Below, one piece after another: positions 1-8,896 of a stretch of 64,000 nucleotides of DNA. The notes under the pieces are model-generated. The model searched no databases. It saw nothing but the letters and a program-made list of their open reading frames with translations, and was not told the origin of the DNA. How positions within the stretch are numbered: position 1 is the stretch's first letter; each line of letters starts with the position of its first letter. Origin of the DNA: Spirochaetia bacterium (GTDB lineage: Bacteria; Spirochaetota; Spirochaetia; SZUA-6; Bin103); contig CBDBOV010000003.1 in assembly GCA_965208575.1 (NCBI GenBank), positions 672,001 through 736,000 on the forward strand. The letters are read 5' to 3'. Position numbers and translations under genes: made by a program.

Positions 1-334
1 GCTCTGTCAGCGGCACCCACCCCTTGCCACCGCCACCGAGCGGCGCGTAGTAGGCGCGCACCAAGGTGATCACGCCGAACAGCCCATGCAGCGTCTTCCG
101 CCGTCTCCCGACAAAGCGGTACCGAACCTCGCCGCGGGTTGCGCGCGCACCGACATACCCATCACCGACTTGCTCACACCAGCGTTGCATCGCTGCACGT
201 CCCGCAGCCACCAGGCACTTCAGCATACCGAGCTCCGCGGCGAGCAGATCCCGTGGTCCGCTGCACGGGTTCAGGTCAATCCCGCACCGGGTCTTGCAAA
301 ACCGGAGCAACTCCGTTACCAAGGTCTCACTCAT
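1..334 (-). CDS. ISKra4-like transposase, N-terminal part running off the window edge (not in ORF track)
   Basis: GGAGGG RBS, ATG at 334, open to position 1. Translates MSETLVTELLRFCK...YRFVGRRRKTLHGLFGVITLVRAYYAPLGGGGKGWVPLTE; the K-L-x-x-L-x-G...RAYY...G-x-x-PL pattern resembles ISKra4 transposases. Candidate end GGGGTGCATTC at 435-425. Confidence 0.6.
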   Translation of the reverse strand, partial: MSETLVTELLRFCKTRCGIDLNPCSGPRDLLAAELGMLKCLVAAGRAAMQRWCEQVGDGYVGARATRGEVRYRFVGRRRKTLHGLFGVITLVRAYYAPLGGGGKGWVPLTE

Positions 335-435
335 TTTGGTCCCCTCCCAGAGACAGGTCGATGTTTACCACATCACCGAATCTCTGGTCTCTGGGAGGGT
401 TCCTATTCCGCTACCACAGAGAAAGAATGCACCCC

Positions 436-495
436 ATTGACTCATCGAAAATCTAACCGTAGCGAAAGCATGCCTCATCTAAAAATCTAACCGAA
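436..495 (+). repeat. Left terminal inverted repeat with two internal sub-repeats
   Basis: attgactcatcgaaaatctaaccgtagcgaaagcatgcctcatctaaaaatctaaccgaa. Confidence 0.75.
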
Positions 496-558
496 CGGGC
501 TGGACCTTCCGGGTCCGGTTGGAGCCTCTCCGAGGGACGTGAGGAGGTTCCGGAGGAG

Positions 559-1833
559 ATGGGGTTGAAGATGAGTTCAAGGCGAGAGCTCACCGAGCAG
601 CACGCGCAGCGGTATCGTCGGGCGGGCAAGAAGGAGAAGGGGCGCATACTCGACGAGTTCGTCGAGTCGACCGGGTACCAGCGCAAGTACGCGATCCATC
701 TGTTGACCTGGTGGGGACGGACCCGCATGGTGCGAGTCGACGGCACACTGGTGAAGCTGGTGGTCGGGCGTCCGCGGCCTGCCCAGCGCCGCGTGCGACC
801 GCGGCGCTACGACCAGGAGGTGCTGGTCGCTCTGAAGCTGATCTGGTACGTGTTCGACTGCATGTGCGGCAAGCGCCTGGTGGTCGTGCTGCGCACCATG
901 CTGCCGACGCTGGAGTCGTTCGGCGAGATCGAGCTGACCGCAGCGGTGCGCGGCAAGCTGCAGACCATCAGCGCCGCGACCATCGACCGGCTGCTGCAGC
1001 AGGAGCGCGCACGGCTGCGCCTGAAGGGTCGCACGCACACCAAGCCGGGCACCCTCCTGAAGGATCAGATCGCGATCCGAACCTTCGCTGACTGGGACGA
1101 GCAGGAGCCGGGCTTCTTCGAGATCGACTTGGTGGGCCATGAAGGCGGCAACGCGTCAGGCGACTTCTGCCACACGCTCACCATCACCGACGTTGACACC
1201 GGCTGGGTCGACCTGTACGGCGTGCAGAACAAGGCGCAGCGCTGGACCCACGAGGCGATCGACGCTGCCCGGCAGAGCCTGCCGATCGTGATGCGGGGGA
1301 TCGACACCGACAACGGCAGCGAGTTCATCAATCATCATTTGCTGCGCTATTGCGAAGCGCACGGCATCACGTTCACTCGGGGTCGCCCGCATCGCAAGAA
1401 CGACACCTGCTACGTCGAGCAGAAGAATGGCCACGTGGTGCGACGGGCGGTCGGCCACCTGCGTTACGACACCGACCGGGAACTGGCTGCCCTCAACGCG
1501 ATATACCGCCCGCTGTGCCTGCTGGTGAACTTCTTCTATCCCTCGGTGAAGCTGGTGAAGAAAACCCGCACCGGCAGCAAGGTGCGCCGCATCTATGACG
1601 ACCCGCAGACGCCGTATCACCGCATGCTGGCCTCCGAGTCGGTGAGCGAGAAGGTGAAGAACCGCCTCAAGCAGCAGTACGCGACGTTGAATCCGGTCGC
1701 CCTCAAGCGCGAGCTGACCAGGTTGACCGAGGATCTGCTGCAGCTGAACGTCAGCAAGACCGCCAAGGCCGCACCAAGCACGGTGCAAACACCGAGCGAG
1801 GAGCGTGGTGGCAGCGGTCGCACGGCAAAATGA
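559..1833 (+). CDS. DDE integrase-core (rve) transposase, ISNCY-like
   Basis: GGAGGAG RBS; N-terminal 'RYRRAGKKEKGRILDEF' helix; catalytic motifs EIDLVGH, DTDNGSEFIN, YVEQKN. Confidence 0.9.
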   Translation: MGLKMSSRRELTEQHAQRYRRAGKKEKGRILDEFVESTGYQRKYAIHLLTWWGRTRMVRVDGTLVKLVVGRPRPAQRRVRPRRYDQEVLVALKLIWYVFDCMCGKRLVVVLRTMLPTLESFGEIELTAAVRGKLQTISAATIDRLLQQERARLRLKGRTHTKPGTLLKDQIAIRTFADWDEQEPGFFEIDLVGHEGGNASGDFCHTLTITDVDTGWVDLYGVQNKAQRWTHEAIDAARQSLPIVMRGIDTDNGSEFINHHLLRYCEAHGITFTRGRPHRKNDTCYVEQKNGHVVRRAVGHLRYDTDRELAALNAIYRPLCLLVNFFYPSVKLVKKTRTGSKVRRIYDDPQTPYHRMLASESVSEKVKNRLKQQYATLNPVALKRELTRLTEDLLQLNVSKTAKAAPSTVQTPSEERGGSGRTAK

Positions 1834-1893
1834 CCCTCTCAGGCGGGTCTGACGGTCGATAATCGGAGAATGGGCGGTCAGCGATGAGAAAAC

Positions 1894-1957
1894 GTCGCCT
1901 CAGCCGCGCTGTAAGGCCCCTCCACGACACGAGGTGGTGTCTGGATACCCCCGTGTC
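1894..1957 (+). repeat. Direct repeat copy 1 (~64 bp)
   Basis: gtcgcctcagccgcgctgtaaggcccctccacgacacgaggtggtgtctggatacccccgtgtc, nearly identical to 3866-3929. Confidence 0.85.
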
Positions 1958-1975
1958 TATGCATAACCATGCAAT

Positions 1976-3649
1976 TCAGTGCAACTTTATCCGCGACCGT
2001 AAGCCGGGTGGCGGAGTCCCGGTGCCGTCCCTGCAGTGCCTCGGCGAGGCGATTGCGGACCGCTGCCAGCCGGCTGCGTACCCGCCTGATGCTCTTTTCC
2101 AGGGCCCGGCGCACCGGTTCACGACCCGTGCGTCGGGCTCCGGCGGCGCAAGGTCATGGCTCGGCAGCGCGTCAAGGTTGAACTGCTCGCGCAGGTACTT
2201 GAAGAAGTTCTCCTGCGACCAGCGCGAGAACATGGCGCCGGCGACCTGCGCCAACGGCATCTGCGGGTGCGTGGTGATCACCGCCACCTGACGACCGTTG
2301 GCCAGACGCCGCCGGATCTGGCGCACCACCAGCCCGTTGCGCAGCATGATCGGCTGCTCGGCCAGATCAACCGCAGTCGTGCTGGTGCCGGCGGGACCAT
2401 GGATCGGTACCTCGAAGGTGTGGAAGTCTTCCGGCAGCCAGTCCGCGCCGTTGAAGTTCTTGTGCCAGGTGATGCAGGCGATGCCACGCCGGGCCAGGCG
2501 CTTGAACAGGTCCGGGCTCCAGCCCTCGCGGTCGAACACCAGGGTCAGCTGCGGGGTACCGGCCGGTGCTCCGGTCAGGTCGGGGGCCGCTTCGGTCACC
2601 ACCCCCAGGTGCTGCAACTGCGGCACCACGTCGTGCTTGATCGCATTCACCGGCTTCGGGTCCAGCGCCTTGTGCAGGCACAGCAGCGGTGCGCCGCCGA
2701 GGGCGTTGATCCAGTAGCTCACCGACGCCGGCAGACACAGCTTCTGGCGTGCGACGAAGTGTTTCGGCAACCGCCCGTTGCGCCCGGTGTACACCTTCAC
2801 GTGGCCATCCACGGCCAGCGTCGTCCAGTCGTCGTCGTGCTCGCTGGCCCAGGTACGCGCCAGTACCGATTGCCAATCGCGCACGGTGTGCTCGGCGCTG
2901 GCCAGCAGCCTGATCTTGCGGCGCAGCGTCTTGGTCTCCGGACAGCGGTCGAGGCCGAGGATGGCGCCCCACTCGCCGGGTGCCTGGTAGCGCAGGCTCT
3001 CGGGGTTGCGCACCCGGGCCAGGGTCATGCAGGCGACGAACAGGAGGATGGTGGTCAGGCCGTAGAATCCGGCCGGCAGGCGGAACAGGCGGTTGGCGGC
3101 GGTGAGCAGGCCCTCGCGCAGCAGCATCGCCAGTGCGGCCAGCACGCCGCCGCCAGCGACCGCGTGGGCGGGCTCGACGAACGCTGGTGTGGCCTCGGTC
3201 AGCAGGCCGGCTCTGGCGAGCGTGCGGCGTTCCACGTCGCGCGCCGCGCGGCCCATGGGCGCGTGCTTGTCGCGGGCGTCGCGGCTGGCGCGCTCAGTGG
3301 CGACCGCCGGGTCGCTGACCGCGGCGGCGGTGCTGACCGGGTGATCAGTGGTGGTGGCCGCCGGCGCAACCTCGGCGCTGGCGGCGGGCTCCCGGGTGGG
3401 ATCTGTGATGACGCCGGCGCGGCGGTTCTCGTTGAAGGTGCTCACCGGGATGCCGAGTTCGCGAGCGCAGGCTGAGCCGCTCATCCCGGAAGCGAGCAGC
3501 TTGGCTGCCTGGTCCGCCATCTCGGCGTCGTCCACGGTGGCCTCCACGGCACCGCGCCGGCTGACTCCGGTCGGGCTACGCCCTCCGTCCGTCAGCGGGG
3601 TACAGCATCTCCTCCGCCCCGTTCGATCCCGACGGCTCCGGTGTCGCAA
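1976..3649 (-). pseudogene. Putative DDE transposase, frameshifted and truncated
   Basis: Motifs LAVDGHVKVY, LVFDREGWS, MFSRWSQENFFKY. After 'ARVVN' the coiled-coil continuation (RRALEKSIRRVRSRL) lies in another frame (ORF 1878..2114) and then breaks off. Confidence 0.75.
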
Positions 3650-3865
3650 CCTCGTCGCCTACCCCGTCCCGGCGGTGGGGAATTGTCATGACCCTGCCCC
3701 GGGCAACGCACCTCGGTGCAGTTGTCCGGGGCGCCTCGCTCCGTGCGCTCCGCAGCAACCTGCGCGCCGCTCGCGGCGTGGGCGGCATCACCCGGCTCGG
3801 CAAATGACTTCTGAGCGTCTCTGACGCCCGTATATCCGTGAGCCAGACGGTCGGCGTCAAGAAAT

Positions 3866-3929
3866 GTCGCCTCAGCCGCGCTGTAAGGCCTCTCCGCGAC
3901 ACGAGGTGGTGTCTGGACATCCCCGTGTC
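3866..3929 (+). repeat. Direct repeat copy 2 (~64 bp)
   Basis: gtcgcctcagccgcgctgtaaggcctctccgcgacacgaggtggtgtctggacatccccgtgtc. Confidence 0.85.
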
Positions 3930-4163
3930 ACCAGCACCGAAGTCGCCTCCAGACCCGTCCGCCCCCTCTTCGGTCAGCGACACGACACGGCACCGACCAC
4001 CTCCCTGCCGTTGACGCCTCCTCATCCGCGCCGACCAACCAGATACGCCCCCGGTCGCGTTGGTGTGCTTGAATCAACCCGGCCGGTCGCCCAGCAGCCT
4101 ATCCACTTATCCACAATTTATGAGTCTCCCCCCTCGCGCTCCCCCCTCGTTCTCCGCCTCCCT

Positions 4164-4224
4164 TTCGGTTAGATTCTTACGTGAGGCACGCTCACCGTAA
4201 GGTTAGATTTTTACGTGAGGCAAT
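4164..4224 (-). repeat. Right terminal inverted repeat with two internal sub-repeats
   Basis: ttcggttagattcttacgtgaggca-cgctcaccgtaa-ggttagatttttacgtgaggcaat. Confidence 0.75.
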
Positions 4225-4299
4225 AGGGCACGCGAGCCATAGCCATGCGCCATGCGCATGCCCGATGCGGGCGTCGCGGGCGCGCCGGCAGACCGAATG

Positions 4300-4770
4300 C
4301 TATCGCGCCAGTCGCGGGTCGTACTGGAAACGGGAGATGGGCCCCGCCCGGATGGCGCCGAAGTCGGGGTGCTCGGGATTGACGATGTAGTTGGTTTCGC
4401 CGCGGACTACCGCGCTCGGCACCTGCAGCACGGCAGACTGCGTGCATTCGGTCCAGCCGTCGCCGATTTCCCGAGTTACGGGGCAGAGGCTCGGTTGCGC
4501 CCACTCCGGCGGCAACTGATCTTCGCCGATGTGCATCACCAGGTGCTCCAGGATAAACACCGGCATCTTTCGATACGTTCGCAGGACGCTTTCGGCTCTC
4601 AGGTGGACCAGCAACTCCATGCCGGCAAGCGCCAGACTGTCGCCGAGATAGACGACCGCGCGGCCCACGCTGTTCCAGCGCCCGCCGTAACGCCGGGCAC
4701 CCTCGCCCGTCATCATTTGCTCAGCGGTCTGAGCGAACTCCGGCGCAGCCAGGCGCCAGCCGGTGATCAA
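4300..4770 (-). CDS. RES-domain toxin (NAD+ phosphorylase family)
   Basis: GEGARRYGGRWN, VYLGDSLALAGME, VPSAVV...NYIVNPEHPDF, FQYDPRL; overlaps the antitoxin stop. Confidence 0.9.
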   Translation of the reverse strand: MITGWRLAAPEFAQTAEQMMTGEGARRYGGRWNSVGRAVVYLGDSLALAGMELLVHLRAESVLRTYRKMPVFILEHLVMHIGEDQLPPEWAQPSLCPVTREIGDGWTECTQSAVLQVPSAVVRGETNYIVNPEHPDFGAIRAGPISRFQYDPRLAR

Positions 4771-5264
4771 CTGAATACGCCATGCCGTAGTCGACCGATG
4801 AGGTGCTCGACGTCGCGGGCTCCCGTTTCCGTTGACGCACGCTGGAGGGGCGTCTCCCGGTCCAGGAGATCATGTGGCGTGCGCAGCCAGCGCCCGGCGG
4901 CACTCGCGTCGCCCCGCATCATGGCCATGGCCATCGCCTCCAGGCGAGCGACGCGTACCAGCCGGTCCGACTCCGCCGGCGTCAACGTGCCGCTCCGCTT
5001 CCTGCGGGCGAGGGTGGTCGCCGGGATGCCGACGATCGCCGCCAGTTGCCCCTGCGATCCGCCGATGGCCTTTGCCAGTTCATCGAACATGGAAAAAGGC
5101 AGACCGCTGCGCACCATCTTGAGCACGCCGCGGCCATGCAGCAGGGCGAACAGGCCGCCGTTCGGCGCGTGGCCCGCGGCGTACTGCGTTGCCGGCTCCG
5201 CGACGCCACGTGGGGGCGACTCGGGAACCTGCCGCCGGGCGGGCATGACGCCGGAACGCGGCAT
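4767..5264 (-). CDS. Xre/MbcA/ParS-type antitoxin
   Basis: HTH (IVGIPATTLARRK), ESDRLVRVAR, WLRTPH..L..ETPL, LIGRLRHGVFS. Start may be 5246. Confidence 0.9.
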   Translation of the reverse strand: MPRSGVMPARRQVPESPPRGVAEPATQYAAGHAPNGGLFALLHGRGVLKMVRSGLPFSMFDELAKAIGGSQGQLAAIVGIPATTLARRKRSGTLTPAESDRLVRVARLEAMAMAMMRGDASAAGRWLRTPHDLLDRETPLQRASTETGARDVEHLIGRLRHGVFS

Positions 5265-5321
5265 CGGGACGGTCCTGATATAGTCCTGCCTCGTTCTGGC
5301 CGATGAATCACATCTCGCCGC

Positions 5322-6881
5322 TCAGCGGCGCCTCCAGGTCTCGATCTGCTCACGCAACTCGATCTGGAAGCGGGGCATCGGGGAACGTCCCGCGGCGGCT
5401 TCCTGTCGCGCAACGGTCCGCGCCAACTCCGTCGTGGATCGGTTCAGACGATCGCCGAGTGCTCTCAGCGCAGCCTTCACGCGGTCGCGTTGGCGCACGC
5501 TCCCCGCCAGCAGCCGTTCGATCCCCCGCATCTCGGCACGCAGGTCGGTCGCAGGTATTCCCAGGACCTCGGCGTACTCCGCGGCCTGCGCCTGCAGCGT
5601 GTCCCAAATCCAACCCTCCGGCGGCCCCTCGCCGGGGAGAAACAGGGGCTGCATACTGTGACCGAACCGGGAGGCAATCTCCCCAATCCCGGCTGCCCGA
5701 TGCCGCCCATCGCCGTCGAGTACTACCAGAAAGTCGCGCAGCTTGTTGAATTTGCCCATGGTACGAACGTGGCCCGGAAACTCATCCTGACCAGTGTCCC
5801 GGCCGATCACGAAATCGTCATGGCGCATCCCGATTTGAGGGTTGAGCACGTCGAGAACACCATGAATCACCGCCTCGGCAATCGCGTCTTCACATAATAT
5901 GGAGAGTTGATCGCGTGACTGACCGTAGAGCGCCTTCTGCAGAATGTCGCGGTACGGGAGCACGAGCCGGACCTCGGCCGTGACGTCATCGCGGTCCAGG
6001 AACAACCGAGCCTCTTCCGGCACACTGTCGAGCACTACCGGGCTGTGCGTGGCGACCACGACTTGCAGTTCCCGGCGCAGCGCAAGACGCTGGAGTTCCA
6101 GCATGGTTTGTTGCTGTGTATAGGGATGCAACCCGACTTCCAGTTCGTCGATGAGTACCAACGCTCCCCGGAGCTGTGACAGGTCTTTCGACAGACGCAG
6201 TATGGCGCGTTCCCCGGATGACATGTGGAACTCGGAGTAATTCGACGGCGCACCGGAACGCCCGTCGGCAAACAGCAGGTCTCTTGCGCCGGCGTGGATG
6301 ACCGACAGTTTGCGATAGTGACTCCCGAGAATGCGATCCGCAAAGAGGAGCGAGTCGGGCGTAATCTCGGTAGCTCCGAACTCCTTGCGCGCCAACTGCA
6401 GGATGCCGCGCACCTCGGATGGATTGGTAAGATTCGCCAGGGTGCGCAGGTAGAGCGCCCGTTCCGGCTGACTGGCGTTCGGGCGGCCGAGATAGCTCCG
6501 GTTCCATGACTTGCCCCGCCGCCACGCCATGGCGAAGTGGTCGCCGTGATGCAGATACTCGAACTCCAGTTCGGTCGGTGGCACGAGGTCCGAGAACTCT
6601 CCGGACGAACGGCCCGCGAAGTTGGGAAACAAGACACCGGGACTGTAGTCACGCGGCCGGTCGGGAACGCGGTAGGCGCAGGCGCAGGCGAACAGCACGG
6701 TCGACTTGCCGCACCGATTGGGCCCGGCGAGCACACTGACCGGATAGGAGAACGGCACGCGCAGGTCGCCGATGCCGCGCAGATTCCTGATGCGGACGGC
6801 TTGCAGCACGCTCCGGCGCCGGTTTGCGGCCGCACGGAGCGAACTCCACACTTCCTCCAGTTGGCGCTTGATCAGTGACAC
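5322..6881 (-). CDS. ABC-type ATPase fused to a TOPRIM-like domain (OLD-like ATP-dependent nuclease)
   Basis: Walker A GPNRCGKS, signature MSSGE, Walker B LIDELEVGLHP, H-loop ATHSP, then ILCED and VLDGD TOPRIM-like acidic motifs. GTG at 6881 follows TGC-TATAGT. Confidence 0.75.
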   Translation of the reverse strand: MSLIKRQLEEVWSSLRAAANRRRSVLQAVRIRNLRGIGDLRVPFSYPVSVLAGPNRCGKSTVLFACACAYRVPDRPRDYSPGVLFPNFAGRSSGEFSDLVPPTELEFEYLHHGDHFAMAWRRGKSWNRSYLGRPNASQPERALYLRTLANLTNPSEVRGILQLARKEFGATEITPDSLLFADRILGSHYRKLSVIHAGARDLLFADGRSGAPSNYSEFHMSSGERAILRLSKDLSQLRGALVLIDELEVGLHPYTQQQTMLELQRLALRRELQVVVATHSPVVLDSVPEEARLFLDRDDVTAEVRLVLPYRDILQKALYGQSRDQLSILCEDAIAEAVIHGVLDVLNPQIGMRHDDFVIGRDTGQDEFPGHVRTMGKFNKLRDFLVVLDGDGRHRAAGIGEIASRFGHSMQPLFLPGEGPPEGWIWDTLQAQAAEYAEVLGIPATDLRAEMRGIERLLAGSVRQRDRVKAALRALGDRLNRSTTELARTVARQEAAAGRSPMPRFQIELREQIETWRRR

Positions 6882-7060
6882 GCCTGCGACTATAGCATGC
6901 ACACGGTATCTGCCGGCGACGGAGCGACCGAGGCCACGATCGTGGCCCGCGCCGAACTGCTCGCAGAACTGAGGCGATTGGTCTCGTCGATGCGGTGGCG
7001 TCGGGGCGGCCACCAGCCGTGTCCTTGAAAATTCTGTGATGATCGCAGATATTTCAAGGA

Positions 7061-8236
7061 ATGGAGGGACGACACGTAGCCCGCGCACGGGTGACCGAGC
7101 GGCTCACCCGTCTGCTCGCGCGGTTCCCGGTGGTTGGTCTGGTCGGTGCCCGCCAAGTAGGCAAGACTACTCTGGCACGACAGATCGCTGCCACCAGCAG
7201 CGGCCCGGTCGCGGTTTTCGACCTGGAGCACCCGGGGGACGTGGCACGCCTGGCTGAACCGATGCTCGCGCTGGAGGGCCTGACCGGCCTCGTGGTGATC
7301 GACGAGGTGCAACGGCGTCCCGACCTGTTCCCGGCGCTGCGCGTGTTGGCCGACCGTCCCGGCGTCCCGTGCCGGTTTCTGGTGCTGGGGAGTGCTTCCC
7401 CGGCGCTGTTGCGCCAGTCCTCGGAGTCGCTCGCCGGTCGCATCGCCTACCTGCAGGTGGGCGGGTTCCTGCTCGACGAGGTGAGTCCGGGTCACGCCGG
7501 AGCGCTCTGGTTGCGGGGCGGGTTTCCGCGCTCTTACCTAGCGCCGTCGGACGCGGCGAGCTTCGAGTGGCGTCAGGAGTTCGTACGCACGTTCCTGGAA
7601 CGCGATCTGCCGCAACTCGGTGTCACCATCGGCGCCACCACGCTGCGGCGATTCTGGACCATGCTGGCGCACAGTCATGGCCAGGTGTGGCGCAGCGCCG
7701 AGCTGGCGCGTTCGTTCGGCGTGGCGGACACCACGGTGCGACGCTATCTCGACCTCCTCACGGGAGCGCTGATCGTGCGTCAACTCCAGCCCTGGTATGA
7801 GAACGTCGGCAAGCGTCAGGTGAAGCGGCCGAAGGTGTACATCGGCGACTCGGGTCTGCTGCATGCGCTCCTCAACCTGCGCGGGCGGGAGGATGTCGAG
7901 TCGCATCCGGTGCTGGGTGCGTCCTGGGAGGGATACGCCGTTGAGCAGCTCATCGGCCACCTGCGCGCGGATCCCGAGGAGTGCTTCTTCTGGGCCACCC
8001 ACTCCGGCCCGGAACTGGACCTGTTGATCGTGCGCGGTCGGCAGCGTCGCGGTTTCGAGATAAAGCGAACCGTCGCGCCCAGAGTAACCAAGTCGATGCA
8101 CTCCGCGCTGCAGGTTCTGCGCCTCGATTCACTGGACGTGGTCCACGCCGGGCAGGCGACGTTCCCTCTGGCCGAGCGAATTCGCGCGGTGAGTGTGACC
8201 GGCCTCCTCGACGAAATCGAGCCGCTGGCACCCTGA
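7061..8236 (+). CDS. ATP-binding protein, AAA_14 + DUF4143
   Basis: GARQVGKTT, IDEVQ, LGSAS, ESLAGR, RGGFP, PKVYIGDSGLL, ELDL...FEIK. Confidence 0.9.
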   Translation: MEGRHVARARVTERLTRLLARFPVVGLVGARQVGKTTLARQIAATSSGPVAVFDLEHPGDVARLAEPMLALEGLTGLVVIDEVQRRPDLFPALRVLADRPGVPCRFLVLGSASPALLRQSSESLAGRIAYLQVGGFLLDEVSPGHAGALWLRGGFPRSYLAPSDAASFEWRQEFVRTFLERDLPQLGVTIGATTLRRFWTMLAHSHGQVWRSAELARSFGVADTTVRRYLDLLTGALIVRQLQPWYENVGKRQVKRPKVYIGDSGLLHALLNLRGREDVESHPVLGASWEGYAVEQLIGHLRADPEECFFWATHSGPELDLLIVRGRQRRGFEIKRTVAPRVTKSMHSALQVLRLDSLDVVHAGQATFPLAERIRAVSVTGLLDEIEPLAP

Positions 8237-8341
8237 TCGACCTGATTCGGTATACCTGCCCGCGGCGGCAGCCGGTCGCTCACGTGGTAGCTTCAGACCG
8301 TTCCCGGCATCGGTGAACGTTACCGTTCGCATCGCTTTTCT

Positions 8342-8896
8342 TCACAGCGGAGAGACTCCGCGGCTGCGGCGGGCGGCGAGGATGCTTCGTTCCATCTCGT
8401 GGCCCGCGTCACGCAGTTCCGCCAACTTCTCCGGATCCAACTCGACAGGGAAGGCGGTGGGGATGCGTTGCAGGCAGGCGAGGGTCTCGGTCCAGTAGTA
8501 GACGGTGCGGAAGAACACCAGCACGTCACCGTGCTCCAGGAGCAGCTTGCGGTACATGATCGAGCGGCCCATGTCGTAGCCGTCCATCACCTCCCGCCAG
8601 GCGGCGCAGTCGCCGGCCAGCAGGTAGGTGCAGCGCGGCTCCGCCTCCGCGCGAGTGGTCAGGCGGACGCCGGTGCATGCGCCGCGCTCAAGCTCCAGCA
8701 CGATAGTGTCGGGGTTGCCGCCGGGCAGGTCGCGCACCGCCAGGCCGAGCGTGCAGTTGACGTTGGCCTTGGCGCGCTCGATCCAGTTCCAGAATCCCTC
8801 CACCTTGCGCTCCACGGTGGCCGGATCGGGGCCCTCGTTGATCGCGGCACGCGCCGCCTGCGCCCAGTCGGCGGAGAAGAACGGGATCGGTGCCAT
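8342..8896 (-). CDS. SCP2 sterol/lipid-carrier-like protein
   Basis: MAPIPFFSADWAQA..., LELERGAC, YLLAGDCAAWREVMDG, IMYRKLLL pattern of bacterial SCP2-like proteins. ATG overlaps the upstream TGA (TGATG). Confidence 0.6.
   Translation of the reverse strand: MAPIPFFSADWAQAARAAINEGPDPATVERKVEGFWNWIERAKANVNCTLGLAVRDLPGGNPDTIVLELERGACTGVRLTTRAEAEPRCTYLLAGDCAAWREVMDGYDMGRSIMYRKLLLEHGDVLVFFRTVYYWTETLACLQRIPTAFPVELDPEKLAELRDAGHEMERSILAARRSRGVSPL

Larger units (their letters stand above)
436..4224. mobile_element. IS/transposon-like element bounded by ~60-bp imperfect inverted repeats, carrying an integrase-core transposase and a passenger transposase pseudogene
   Basis: 436-495 matches the reverse complement of 4164-4224; each end holds two copies of a CTCA-N-AAATCTAACC motif. 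Confidence 0.7.

Noticed and set aside
436-495. Mini CRISPR array or iterons in the doubled AAATCTAACC motifs
   Set aside because: Only two units per site, arranged as inverted termini around a transposase; no cas or rep genes.
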